From Bdellovibrionales bacterium (GTDB lineage: Bacteria; Bdellovibrionota; Bdellovibrionia; Bdellovibrionales; UBA1609), in contig OZ241329.1 of the NCBI GenBank assembly GCA_965199825.1, forward strand, positions 2,048,001 to 2,112,000: DNA of 64,000 nucleotides, written 5' to 3'. Both the position numbers and the translations under genes were made by a program. This document shows positions 18,456 to 28,230 of this stretch, one piece after another. How positions within the stretch are numbered: position 1 is the stretch's first letter; every line of letters begins with the position of its first letter. The notes below the pieces were generated by a model, which had not been told where the DNA came from, ran no database searches, and worked only from the letters and a program-made list of their open reading frames with translations.

Positions 18456-18887
18456 ATGGCCAGTGCCGAAATCAGTGATCAATTTAACTGCACTAAGGAG
18501 CAGTTTTTTAAGATCATTTCAGACTACGAAAAGTATCCTGAATTTTTAAATGAAGTTAAAAAATGCACCGTTTTAAAAACCGAAAAAAATCGCAAACTCG
18601 TCGAGTACGAAGTTTCGGTGGTAAAGACATTTAAATATCGCCTGTGGATGACTGAAAAGCCCGCAAGCTTGATCACCTGGACACTGGATTCAGGGGACAT
18701 GTTCAAGGTGTCTAACGGCAAATGGGAACTTAAAGAGAAAGCCAAAAATACGATCGCTCACTACAGCGTTGAGGCCGAGTTCAAGGTTTTTGTACCCGGA
18801 ATGATTGCGAAAGCTTTGGTCCAGGTGAATCTTCCGCAGATGATTGAATCTTACAAAAAACGAATAAAGGAAATTTATGGCGGTTAA
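18456..18887 (+). CDS. SRPBCC / polyketide cyclase-dehydrase (RatA/Coq10-like) protein
   Basis: IISDYEKYPEFL, SNGKWEL; GAGGAGG SD. Confidence 0.85.
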   Translation: MASAEISDQFNCTKEQFFKIISDYEKYPEFLNEVKKCTVLKTEKNRKLVEYEVSVVKTFKYRLWMTEKPASLITWTLDSGDMFKVSNGKWELKEKAKNTIAHYSVEAEFKVFVPGMIAKALVQVNLPQMIESYKKRIKEIYGG

Positions 18888-19179
18888 ATCCAAAAAACCG
18901 GGAATTGCGATAAAAAAAATATTGTCGGTGGGTTTAGGTGCGGCCTTTTTGACCGAAGATATGGTTAGATCCTATTTACAAGACGTCAAGCTTCCAAAAG
19001 ATGTGATGAATGTTTTGCTTCAGCAAGCGGGCAAATCAAAAAATGATCTGATGAATCTTGTGGGCAATGAAACTATGAAGATCATTTCAAAAATTGACTT
19101 CGTTAAAGAAGCTTCTCGCTTTGTCGAAAATCATAAATTCAAAGTCTCGGCCGAAATCGAAGTGATCAGAAAGACTTAA
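18877..19179 (+). CDS. Hypothetical protein, phasin-like N-terminus
   Basis: KKILSVGLGAAFLTED. Confidence 0.6.
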   Translation: MAVKSKKPGIAIKKILSVGLGAAFLTEDMVRSYLQDVKLPKDVMNVLLQQAGKSKNDLMNLVGNETMKIISKIDFVKEASRFVENHKFKVSAEIEVIRKT

Positions 19180-19721
19180 CGTATGGGTGATTTGAGTTTG
19201 AAGTGGGTCGAATCGATTTGGCGTAATTTTTTTTCGACAATTTCGCCAACCATATCGGGCCGGACCGCCTTTGCGGTGTACCACTCATCGCCATTTGAAT
19301 ACGAGCGGACTCGAATGTATTGGGCAGGATCTTTAGGATTTGAGATGGTCGAAAATTTCATATAGCCTTCAATGAAAGTCCCGGTGTTTTCGCTTTTTTC
19401 AGCCTGAGTTTGTAGCGCTGTAGAAAGATTAAAAGCAAACTTTCTTAAAGCCAAAACTCCATGAGGATCTGAAGCCTCGATGGTTGCGATATCATCAATT
19501 TGTTTAATGATAAATTCGCGCTCGCTGCCGTTCAGATATTTATCAAAGCGAAAGATCAATCTTTTTAAAAATTCATTTCTTAACCCATACTCGATCCGCT
19601 CTTGCGGAGTTTTGGCGTTCATCAATAACTTTTGATTAGCTGTAGACACCTCTTTTAATCGATCAAAGCTAACAGTTTGCGAAATCGAAAAAAAACAAAA
19701 CCAAATTAATAAGATCGCCAT
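19176..19721 (-). CDS. Secreted hypothetical protein
   Basis: Short hydrophobic N-terminus; extended -10 TGCTAGGAT 6 nt before ATG. Confidence 0.65.
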   Translation of the reverse strand: MAILLIWFCFFSISQTVSFDRLKEVSTANQKLLMNAKTPQERIEYGLRNEFLKRLIFRFDKYLNGSEREFIIKQIDDIATIEASDPHGVLALRKFAFNLSTALQTQAEKSENTGTFIEGYMKFSTISNPKDPAQYIRVRSYSNGDEWYTAKAVRPDMVGEIVEKKLRQIDSTHFKLKSPIR

Positions 19722-19766
19722 AAACTTATCCTAGCAAAAACTTTTGAACAGTGCGAACACCGCAAC

Positions 19767-20690
19767 ATGGATAAAGTCTGGAATTCTGTCGAGCACAAAG
19801 TTTTTCGCGCCCTCAAACCGATCCCGCTGAAAGATAAAATTCTGCTGGTTGCGGTGTCAGGCGGAGCGGACTCGATGGCCCTCTTGACCATTTTGAATCA
19901 TTTAAAAAAATCATTAAAATTTGAGATCAAGGTGATCCACATCCATCACGGCGGAAACAGTCGCTTCCGTCATCAAGCCCAAAAGTTTGTGTTCAAGATT
20001 GCAAAGGCAATGGATCTGACTTGCGAAACCAACATAGATTTGCCTAGCGATCTTAAGAGTGAGGCCGCTTTAAGACGATACCGGTACAAAATTCTTGATC
20101 AGGCCCAAAAAAAATATGGTGCGGTGGTGGCGACCGGTCATCATGCCCAGGACCTCCTCGAAACCCAACTAATCAATTGCATTCGGGGATCAAGTTTTTA
20201 TGGGCTGCAATCGTTAAGCTTTTATCATCCTCAAAGACAAATTTTGCGGCCCCTTTTAGGCTTGAGCAAAAATCAAATACTTGAGTATTGTAGAGAGCGT
20301 AGAGTCAAATTCTTAAACGATCCTTCAAACCGTTCAAAGGCCCCATTACGAAATTGGATTCGCCACGATTGGCTGCCTCGGCTAGAAAAAAAAAGACGCG
20401 GGTCAGTCACTTCTTTGGCGCGAAGTTTTAATCTCCTTTCGCAATCCAAGCCGCAGCAAAGAAAGACCTTAGACCGGGAAAAATTTAAAACCTGGAGCCC
20501 AGAAAACAGAGCTCACGCCATTGTGGAGCTGATTCGTTCAAGCGGCATCTCCAATTACACCAAAGGGCATATCGAAGAGATTTTGCGCCGCCTTGACACC
20601 CCTCAAAAAACCTTCACATTTCGTACACTCGATCGAAATTGGAGCGTCACTCATCTTACCGTTAAAATTTGCCAACCACATTCAATTTGA
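19767..20690 (+). CDS. tilS: tRNA(Ile)-lysidine synthetase
   Basis: VAVSGGADSMAL, ATGHHAQD, RPLL, DPSN, RNWIR. Confidence 0.95.
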   Translation: MDKVWNSVEHKVFRALKPIPLKDKILLVAVSGGADSMALLTILNHLKKSLKFEIKVIHIHHGGNSRFRHQAQKFVFKIAKAMDLTCETNIDLPSDLKSEAALRRYRYKILDQAQKKYGAVVATGHHAQDLLETQLINCIRGSSFYGLQSLSFYHPQRQILRPLLGLSKNQILEYCRERRVKFLNDPSNRSKAPLRNWIRHDWLPRLEKKRRGSVTSLARSFNLLSQSKPQQRKTLDREKFKTWSPENRAHAIVELIRSSGISNYTKGHIEEILRRLDTPQKTFTFRTLDRNWSVTHLTVKICQPHSI

Positions 20691-20741
20691 GCTCTTCTGT
20701 ATTTCGGTGTTAGTCTTCATTAATCATCAGAAAGGATCTTC

Positions 20742-22712
20742 ATGAGATCTCCACAAAAAACCATGGCTCTTTGGGCAATTTTATTGGTTGTCGGCGTTTT
20801 GTTTTTTCAAATGTATGAAACCCAACGGAGCACTTTGGTGCGCGATTTTGATTATCCGAAATTTGTTTCGGCGATCGAAAAAGGCGAAATCAAAAAGGAC
20901 TCGATTATCTTTTATAAATCTACCGGTCAGATTGAGGGGGAACTCAACGATGCGGGCGAAAAGATTTTTGGTGGGCGAAAATTTAAAATCGATGGCAACA
21001 TCGATACCGATGGCTTTAACCAACTCAAAGCCAACGGGATTGTTCCAAAATACGTCAACTCCGACAATTCGTTTTTGACCTCGCTTTTTTTCAATTGGCT
21101 ACCACTGATTATTATTATCGGAATGTTTATGTTCTTTATGCGCCAAATTCAAATTGGCGGGGGTAAAGCCATGGCCTTCGGCAAAAGCCGCGCACGCTTG
21201 CTTACCGAAAATAAAAATAAGGTCACATTTAAAGACGTGGCTGGAGTTGAAGAAGCCAAAGATGAACTCAAAGAGATTGTTGCCTTTTTAAAAGAGCCAA
21301 AAAAATTCACCAAACTCGGCGGGCGCATTCCAAAAGGGGTGTTGCTGGTGGGTCCTCCCGGAACAGGAAAAACTTTGCTCGCACGTGCGGTTGCGGGCGA
21401 GGCGAATGTTCCGTTCTTTACGATCTCGGGGTCCGATTTTGTTGAGATGTTTGTGGGTGTGGGAGCAAGCCGTGTGCGCGATTTGTTTGAGCAAGGCAAA
21501 AAAAATGCGCCTTGTCTTATTTTTATTGATGAGATTGATGCGGTCGGAAGACATCGGGGCGCGGGCATGGGCGGCGGTCATGATGAGCGCGAACAAACTC
21601 TGAATCAATTGCTAGTTGAGATGGATGGTTTTGAAAGTAATGATGGTGTGATTTTGATTGCGGCGACCAATCGTCCTGATGTTTTGGATCCCGCACTGTT
21701 GCGACCCGGTCGATTTGATCGACGTGTTGTGGTTTCAAAACCTGATGTCAAAGGGCGCGAACAGATTTTATTGGTGCACTCGCGAAAAACTCCATTGTCT
21801 TCGGATGTGGTGATTGAAACCATTGCGCGTGGAACACCAGGATTTTCGGGTGCGGATCTCGAAAATTTGGTGAACGAAGCAGCACTCTGTGCGGCTCGCG
21901 AAAATAAAAATAAATTAGAAATGGATGATTTCGAACGGGCTAAAGATAAAGTTTTGATGGGTGCTGAGAGAAAAAGCATGGTGATCAGCGAAGCAGATCG
22001 AAAAATTACCGCCTATCATGAAGCTGGTCATACAATCGTAGGACGGATTTTGCCGGGGCTCGATCCGATTCATAAGGTGACGATTATTCCACGGGGCATG
22101 GCTCTTGGTGTCACTCAAACTTTGCCCGAAGAGGACAGCCTCAACCTGTCAAAAACCAAAGCAAAAGCGATGATTGCTTTTTTGTTTGGTGGGCGAGCAG
22201 CCGAAGAAATTATTTATAACGACAGCACGACCGGTGCGGGTAACGATATTGAACGCGCCACCGAGCTTGCACGACGTATGGTGTGCGAGTGGGGAATGAG
22301 CGAAAAGTTAGGCCCCTTGGCTCTTGAAAAACGTGATGGCCCGGTGTTTATGGGAATGCAATCTGCCCAATCGCGCGACTATTCCGATGCAAAAGCCCAA
22401 GAAATTGATCAAGAGGTTTTTAGCTTGGTTACAGGTGGATATCATATTGCAAAACAAATTCTTCAAGACAACATTGGGATTCTACACAAGATGACCGATG
22501 CTCTTTTGGAGCACGAAACCATCGATGCCGAAGAAGTAAATATGCTTATCGCTGGTGCGGGCCTTGTAGAAATCGCAAAAAAACGCGAGGATAAGCAAGC
22601 GCGCATTGATGCTGAACGCAAGGTCTCCGCAGAAAACGAATTGAAAGCACGCGCCGAAGAAAAAAAATCAGGACGTGATCCTGTTGGACAGTCGGGACCT
22701 GTGACAGCTTAA
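20742..22712 (+). CDS. ftsH: ATP-dependent zinc metalloprotease FtsH
   Basis: [29 protein letters not shown]. Confidence 0.98.
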   Translation: MRSPQKTMALWAILLVVGVLFFQMYETQRSTLVRDFDYPKFVSAIEKGEIKKDSIIFYKSTGQIEGELNDAGEKIFGGRKFKIDGNIDTDGFNQLKANGIVPKYVNSDNSFLTSLFFNWLPLIIIIGMFMFFMRQIQIGGGKAMAFGKSRARLLTENKNKVTFKDVAGVEEAKDELKEIVAFLKEPKKFTKLGGRIPKGVLLVGPPGTGKTLLARAVAGEANVPFFTISGSDFVEMFVGVGASRVRDLFEQGKKNAPCLIFIDEIDAVGRHRGAGMGGGHDEREQTLNQLLVEMDGFESNDGVILIAATNRPDVLDPALLRPGRFDRRVVVSKPDVKGREQILLVHSRKTPLSSDVVIETIARGTPGFSGADLENLVNEAALCAARENKNKLEMDDFERAKDKVLMGAERKSMVISEADRKITAYHEAGHTIVGRILPGLDPIHKVTIIPRGMALGVTQTLPEEDSLNLSKTKAKAMIAFLFGGRAAEEIIYNDSTTGAGNDIERATELARRMVCEWGMSEKLGPLALEKRDGPVFMGMQSAQSRDYSDAKAQEIDQEVFSLVTGGYHIAKQILQDNIGILHKMTDALLEHETIDAEEVNMLIAGAGLVEIAKKREDKQARIDAERKVSAENELKARAEEKKSGRDPVGQSGPVTA

Positions 22713-22724
22713 TAGTTAGGTTAT

Positions 22725-23528
22725 ATGCTTAAGGGCGTTTTTGAAAATCTGTCGTTGATCTTTATCCAATTGCGCTTTCAAGACTTTTTGGATTTTGTTT
22801 TTGTTTGGCTCGTGATTTATCGCATTCTGCTCCTGACCAAACGCTCGGGAGCAGTTCAAATCTTAAGCGGGATGGGCATTTTAGCCATTGCCTATCTCAG
22901 CAGCATTTATCTTGATCTCGTTACTTTCAATTGGTTGCTCGAACGGTTTTTTTCGCATCTCTTTTTGATTATCGTCATACTATTTCAAGCAGAAATTCGT
23001 AGAGCCTTGGCACAAATCGGTTCAAACCCCTTTTTGACCGGAGTAGGGCGAGTAGAAGAAACTCATATCGTTGAAGAGATCGCAAAAGCCGCGGTCACGC
23101 TAGCACAAAAAAAATATGGCGCCTTGATTGTGATCGAGCGTGAGATTGTGCTCGATTATTTTGTTGAAGTTGGAACAGTACTGCAGTCCGAAATTCAATC
23201 TGAATTGTTTAGTTCGATTTTTCATCCTGCATCTCCTTTGCATGATGGGGCGGTGGTGATTCGCCAAGGGCGCATGTTTGCGGCCGGCTGTTTTTTACCG
23301 CTTTCTAAAAATCCAACGTTGGATAAAAATTTAGGCACTCGGCATCGTGCTGCGATCGGTTTAACCGAAGAGACCGACGCCCTTGTTCTTGTAGTGTCCG
23401 AAGAGCAACATTCGGTGGGCATTGCTCACGGCGGGACTTTTCTGCCCGATGTGGATCATGCCACAATCAGAAAACATCTTTATGATGTCTTTGGTCTTCA
23501 CTTTCGAACTGAAAAGGTGAGCACGTGA
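22725..23528 (+). CDS. cdaA: Diadenylate cyclase CdaA
   Basis: Three TM helices; LHDGAV (DGA) and GTRHRAA (RHR) motifs. Confidence 0.95.
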   Translation: MLKGVFENLSLIFIQLRFQDFLDFVFVWLVIYRILLLTKRSGAVQILSGMGILAIAYLSSIYLDLVTFNWLLERFFSHLFLIIVILFQAEIRRALAQIGSNPFLTGVGRVEETHIVEEIAKAAVTLAQKKYGALIVIEREIVLDYFVEVGTVLQSEIQSELFSSIFHPASPLHDGAVVIRQGRMFAAGCFLPLSKNPTLDKNLGTRHRAAIGLTEETDALVLVVSEEQHSVGIAHGGTFLPDVDHATIRKHLYDVFGLHFRTEKVST

Positions 23529-23914
23529 AGTTCACAGAAAACATGAGCTATAAACTTGTTTCGTTTTTTGTTACCCTCATTTTGTGGGTGAGTATGCTGT
23601 CGCGAAAAGATGCGGTGATCACTCGCGAAATGAATCTGCAATATCTGCTTCCCGCACACACAATTTTGATTGCCCAAAATCAGCCAAAAAAAGTTGTGAT
23701 TCGTCTGTCTGGTCCACGCATCACACTTCAACGCTACTTGCAAAGTGATGAGGATTTAACCCTTGATCTGACCCGTATGCCCACAGGCCGGGTGCGAGTT
23801 CATTTAACACAATCCAACTTGTCGCTCCCTTTGGGTCTTCGTGTGATGGCCATCGATCCAGAAGAAATTCTTGTCGATCTTAAAGATGAGCCGATCAAAG
23901 GAGATGAACGATGA
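23525..23914 (+). CDS. cdaR: CdaR/YbbR-like regulator (single domain)
   Basis: N-terminal TM, V.IRLSGP, IDPEEILV; position between cdaA and glmM. Confidence 0.8.
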   Translation: MKFTENMSYKLVSFFVTLILWVSMLSRKDAVITREMNLQYLLPAHTILIAQNQPKKVVIRLSGPRITLQRYLQSDEDLTLDLTRMPTGRVRVHLTQSNLSLPLGLRVMAIDPEEILVDLKDEPIKGDER

Positions 23915-25311
23915 CAAAAAAATTGCCCGCAAAAATCCCTTCTACTCCACAAAAATTGTTTGGTACCGACGGGATTCGTGGCCAGGCCAATCGGTTTCCG
24001 ATGACTCCCGATCAGGTTTTAAAAGTGGGGCAAGCTATGGGCTACATGCTTCGGCACACACCAAGCTCGCGCAAAGGCTCGGCCCGCATGGTGTTGATCG
24101 GAAAAGACACCAGGCTTTCTGGCTACATGCTGGAGCAAGCCTTATCGAGTGGACTCAATTCCATGGGTGTGGCGGTGACATTGACTGGGCCTCTTCCCAC
24201 TCCTGGAATCGGTTTTTTGGCTCGCAATATGAGAGCGGATGCGGGCATTGTGATTTCGGCCTCGCACAATGCCTACTTTGATAATGGAATAAAAATTTTT
24301 GGCGCCGATGGATTTAAAATCACCGATACCATGGAGCGCGAAATTGAGCGGCTCGTGGGCGAAGTCGACATGAATGTGCATCTTGCGGATTCGGCCACCA
24401 TTGGCCGCACGCGACGTATCGAAGATGCCGCCGGTCGGTATGTGGTGTTTGTTAAAAATACTTTTCCTTTGGATATGACTTTGGATGGATTCCGAATTGT
24501 CTTGGACTGTGCTCACGGCGCAACTTACAAAGTTGCCCCCTCAATTTTTGAAGAGCTTGGTGCCGAGGTCATTTTGCTTGGTGATGAGCCCAATGGCTAC
24601 AACATCAACGACAAAGCCGGAGCTCTTTATCCCCAAAAAACTTGTGAGGCGGTAATCAAATATCGTGCGGATCTTGGCATCAGTTTGGATGGCGATGGCG
24701 ATCGGGTGATCATGGTGGATGAGCTCGGGAATATCGTTAATGGCGATCATATTCTTGCCATTTGTGCGATTCATCAAATGAAGCGAGCAAAACTTCGCGG
24801 CTCTACCGTTGTAGCAACCCAAATGAGCAATGTGGGCTTAGAGTTGTGTCTTAAAAATTACGGTATCAATCTGATTCGCACCGATGTAGGCGACAAGCAT
24901 GTGGTCGAAGCATTGAGACAAAATGGATTTAGTTTAGGCGGCGAGCAATCCGGTCATATCATCCATCTTGATCATTCTACCACCGGGGATGGCTGTGTGG
25001 CCGCACTCAATGTGCTTGCGGTCATGCGTTTTGAAAACAAAAGACTCTCCGAGCTCAAAGCTTTGATGGAAGATGTGCCCCAAGTTTTGATTAACCTGAG
25101 AGTTCGCGAGCGAAAAGATTTGAACGAACTTCCAGGCTTTAACGCCTTAATCAAAGATATTGAGCTTCGACTTAAAGGCAGTGGTCGTACCTTTGTGCGC
25201 TTTTCGGGTACAGAGCCTGTGTTGAGAGTGTTGGTTGAAGGCCGCGATAAAAAACAAATCAGCAAATATGCCGAAGAGATTGCCCATTTTTTAGAGCATG
25301 AATTGTCGTAA
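23911..25311 (+). CDS. glmM: Phosphoglucosamine mutase
   Basis: LFGTDGIRG, VISASHN, DGDGDR, GGEQSGH, RFSGTEP. Confidence 0.97.
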   Translation: MTKKLPAKIPSTPQKLFGTDGIRGQANRFPMTPDQVLKVGQAMGYMLRHTPSSRKGSARMVLIGKDTRLSGYMLEQALSSGLNSMGVAVTLTGPLPTPGIGFLARNMRADAGIVISASHNAYFDNGIKIFGADGFKITDTMEREIERLVGEVDMNVHLADSATIGRTRRIEDAAGRYVVFVKNTFPLDMTLDGFRIVLDCAHGATYKVAPSIFEELGAEVILLGDEPNGYNINDKAGALYPQKTCEAVIKYRADLGISLDGDGDRVIMVDELGNIVNGDHILAICAIHQMKRAKLRGSTVVATQMSNVGLELCLKNYGINLIRTDVGDKHVVEALRQNGFSLGGEQSGHIIHLDHSTTGDGCVAALNVLAVMRFENKRLSELKALMEDVPQVLINLRVRERKDLNELPGFNALIKDIELRLKGSGRTFVRFSGTEPVLRVLVEGRDKKQISKYAEEIAHFLEHELS

Positions 25312-25317
25312 AGTCCG

Positions 25318-26700
25318 GTGAAGCTCCTCACAAAAGAACAGATTAAAATTTTGGAACGCAATCATTCTGGGTTGATGATCAAAGCGGGCCGACTGGCTGC
25401 CAAAAAATTAAAAAATCTGAACGGTACAATCGCTATTGTGTGTGGGCCCGGCAACAACGGCGGCGATGGGTTTGTTGTGGCGCAAGAGCTTTTTAAACAA
25501 AAAAAAGTTGTCCAAATTATTGTGCCTCTAACGCCACAAACGCAGCTTGCGAAGGTGGAATTCAAAAAATGCTTGCGACTTAAAATACCAATTTTAAAAG
25601 CGCCCATAGCAAAAGTGGATTATGTGATCGATGCGCTCTTTGGAATCGGACTCTCACGTCCCATGCCATTTAAAAAACTCATTGAATGGATCAATTTGCA
25701 TCCTGTGATTTCGCTCGATGTGCCAAGTGGGCTTAACAGTGATACTGGCACGTGTAATGGGCCGGTGGTTCGGGCTCAGCGCACACTGACCTTTGGGGCT
25801 TCAAAGCCGGGATTTTATGTTAACTTTGGACCCGAGCACTGTGGCCAGATTGAGGTCTTAAAGCTGTACCCAATCCAAAGTTCAATTCAACTTTTTGATC
25901 AAATGAAACTTCCGAAGCGGCCAAATCAATCTAACAAATCAAGCTTTGGTCACACGTTGATCTTATCCGGTCGCGAGGGGTATTGGGGCTCTGGCTTAAT
26001 GAGTTCGAGTGCCGCCTTTAGAGTGGGCTCTGGATATGTGACTTGGGCAAGTTTTGATTCCATTCCGCTGCATCGGGCAATTCCTGAAGCGCTCACCGCA
26101 ACGATAAATAATAAGTTATTTAGTGGTAAATTTGATTCGATCTTGGTGGGGCCTGGTCTTGGCACAACAAACAAAACCGCTCATCTCTTAAAATATTTAT
26201 TTCGATTTCCAAACGTGATTGTTGATGCTGATGCTTTACAAGTTGCGGTCACACACAAACTTTTTCCTTTTCCCAAAACGTGGCTGATCACACCGCATGC
26301 GGGCGAGCTTGCAAAAATATTAGAGAAACCCGCAAAATTTCTTGAGTCGGATCGCATGATGGCGGTGGAGCTTGCGATAAAAAAGGTGGGATGTTCGGTC
26401 TTGTTCAAGGGTTTTCGCTCGATTCTTAAAACCGAATCACAAACTTTTGTGATTGCTTCGGGCAATAGTGCTCTTGCCAAGGCGGGCAGTGGAGACGTAC
26501 TCGGTGGAATGATTGCAGGGCTGTGTGCTCAAAAATTGCCATTGCCAAAAGCGGGTCTTCAGGGAGCTTACATCCACGGAAAATTATCTGATGCTTGGGT
26601 TTTGAGCGGGCGACATAAAAATAGTTTGATGCCGTCGGATCTCTACCGGGTGCTTCCAAAACTTTTAAAAAAAATTGATGCTGATGATTTATTCGACTGA
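25318..26700 (+). CDS. nnr: Bifunctional NAD(P)H-hydrate epimerase/dehydratase
   Basis: CGPGNNGGDG, DALFGIG, DVPSG, VDADAL, TPHAGE, AGSGDVLGG. Confidence 0.93.
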   Translation: MKLLTKEQIKILERNHSGLMIKAGRLAAKKLKNLNGTIAIVCGPGNNGGDGFVVAQELFKQKKVVQIIVPLTPQTQLAKVEFKKCLRLKIPILKAPIAKVDYVIDALFGIGLSRPMPFKKLIEWINLHPVISLDVPSGLNSDTGTCNGPVVRAQRTLTFGASKPGFYVNFGPEHCGQIEVLKLYPIQSSIQLFDQMKLPKRPNQSNKSSFGHTLILSGREGYWGSGLMSSSAAFRVGSGYVTWASFDSIPLHRAIPEALTATINNKLFSGKFDSILVGPGLGTTNKTAHLLKYLFRFPNVIVDADALQVAVTHKLFPFPKTWLITPHAGELAKILEKPAKFLESDRMMAVELAIKKVGCSVLFKGFRSILKTESQTFVIASGNSALAKAGSGDVLGGMIAGLCAQKLPLPKAGLQGAYIHGKLSDAWVLSGRHKNSLMPSDLYRVLPKLLKKIDADDLFD

Positions 26701-27085
26701 AAAACTCAAAGACCTCGAAAATTTCGCTCGAAATTTTGTAAAGACTCTTCCCCCACGCTGCGTTTTATTGCTTGAAGGCCCCATGGCTGCGGGCAAAACA
26801 ACTTTTGTTCATATGCTCACTCAAGGCGAGGCCTCATCGCCCACATATAATCTTCATCACACTTATTTTTTGGGAGAGCAAAGAATTGAGCACTTTGATC
26901 TTTACAGGCTTGAGAATGCAGACGAAATTGAATCCTCAGGCCTTTACGAGATTTTAGATCAACCTGGAAATCAGTGGGTGATTATCGAATGGCCAGAGCG
27001 GGATCTTTTGCAAAAGCAAAAAGATTTGACCTATCTTTTGGGTTTTAGTCTTAACCCAAGACAAATAGTGGTTAAGCAGCTTTAA
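26678..27085 (+). CDS. tsaE: tRNA threonylcarbamoyladenosine biosynthesis ATPase
   Basis: GPMAAGKTT, SSPTY, HFDLYRL, IIEWPE. Confidence 0.92.
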   Translation: MLMIYSTEKLKDLENFARNFVKTLPPRCVLLLEGPMAAGKTTFVHMLTQGEASSPTYNLHHTYFLGEQRIEHFDLYRLENADEIESSGLYEILDQPGNQWVIIEWPERDLLQKQKDLTYLLGFSLNPRQIVVKQL

Positions 27086-28145
27086 GGATTGCGGGAAATA
27101 ATTTTTGGGTGAGTCGTTCCAGATTTTGTAAGATCTCTTGCGGTGCACATTTATCATCGCCAAGAGCAAGAATTTGTCCACGAGTGTCGGTTCCGGTTAA
27201 AAGCGGCAAACACGTCACGACCGCAGGATATCCTTCAAAACCAAAATTCGAAAAAAATGCTTTATTGATTTCGGTGTCCACCACGGGGCCGTGATAAGGG
27301 ATATTTGTGCGACGAACAATTCTAAACACACTTGGTTTATTTGGATCGATCGATTCAAACGCTTGCTCACTTGTCGGTTTTAAATCTGCGGTAATTCTAA
27401 AGGGCTTTAGCAAATTTCCTTCGTAGTGCAAAATGATCACCGAACTGTAGTGTTGAAGAGCATGTTTGCAAAACCAATTGAGCATTTGGTCTTGAGTCCG
27501 AGCTTCTTCAATTTGGGCCACCGCGTGCTGCGGATTTAAGACCTTATCTGAATTTTCGCTCGGCATATTGTAAACGCCAGTGGGAATATCATCTTGAAAA
27601 AACACATCATGATTATTTGGCAGTCCCTCAGGGCCATCCAAGCCTTGTGGCTCTTGAGGAAGAATGGGCGGCGGCGGAGGTGCGAGTTTGAGATTGAGCC
27701 CAATTGGGCCATCTTCTTCGGGTACGGGAGGGATCTGGGTAAAACTCATCTCGAGAGTTTGATATTGCTCAAAAAGATTTTTTAAGTTTTGGGGATGAGT
27801 CAAAACATAACAAACCGGAAAGCTCCACTGAACATCTAAGGGTTCAACACAGCCAATAAAAATCACGCCATCCCATTCTTCAAGAGGCAAGATGTCTTGG
27901 TTCCAATTGGTGACACTTCGAATTTTATTCCAAAGCTCGCGACTAGGGGCTTCATTAAAATAGGGGCTTAAAACTTGAGGTAAACCATAGTAATTTTTAG
28001 CCCATTGAAAATAGGCATCTGCAGAGATGTGGCGATTCTGAATCGCCCACGAGGTGATAGATTGCTCAGGGCCGATCGAGAGCTGCCACAATTCATAATC
28101 AGCTTGAGAAATTTGAAGGGCTGATACCCATGGTTTTTGATTCAT
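27072..28145 (-). CDS. Hypothetical protein: T2SSE_N/MshEN-like N-domain, Pro-rich linker, GAF-like C-domain
   Basis: WAKNYYGLP...ILPLEEWDGVIFIGCVEP; PPPPP linker; AVVTCLPL..GQILALG. Confidence 0.5.
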   Translation of the reverse strand: MNQKPWVSALQISQADYELWQLSIGPEQSITSWAIQNRHISADAYFQWAKNYYGLPQVLSPYFNEAPSRELWNKIRSVTNWNQDILPLEEWDGVIFIGCVEPLDVQWSFPVCYVLTHPQNLKNLFEQYQTLEMSFTQIPPVPEEDGPIGLNLKLAPPPPPILPQEPQGLDGPEGLPNNHDVFFQDDIPTGVYNMPSENSDKVLNPQHAVAQIEEARTQDQMLNWFCKHALQHYSSVIILHYEGNLLKPFRITADLKPTSEQAFESIDPNKPSVFRIVRRTNIPYHGPVVDTEINKAFFSNFGFEGYPAVVTCLPLLTGTDTRGQILALGDDKCAPQEILQNLERLTQKLFPAILKAA

Positions 28146-28153
28146 CACAAAAC

Positions 28154-28181
28154 TTATCGGCATTTGAGATCGGAACCTCAA
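28154..28181 (-). promoter_or_regulatory. Sigma28 (FliA)-like promoter
   Basis: TTGAG-N15-GCCGATAA, 8 nt before ATG 28145. Confidence 0.55.
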
Positions 28182-28230
28182 GGTTTTCGAAGACGTCTCA
28201 AGCCTCTCTGTGTTAAAGCTAACGACCTTT

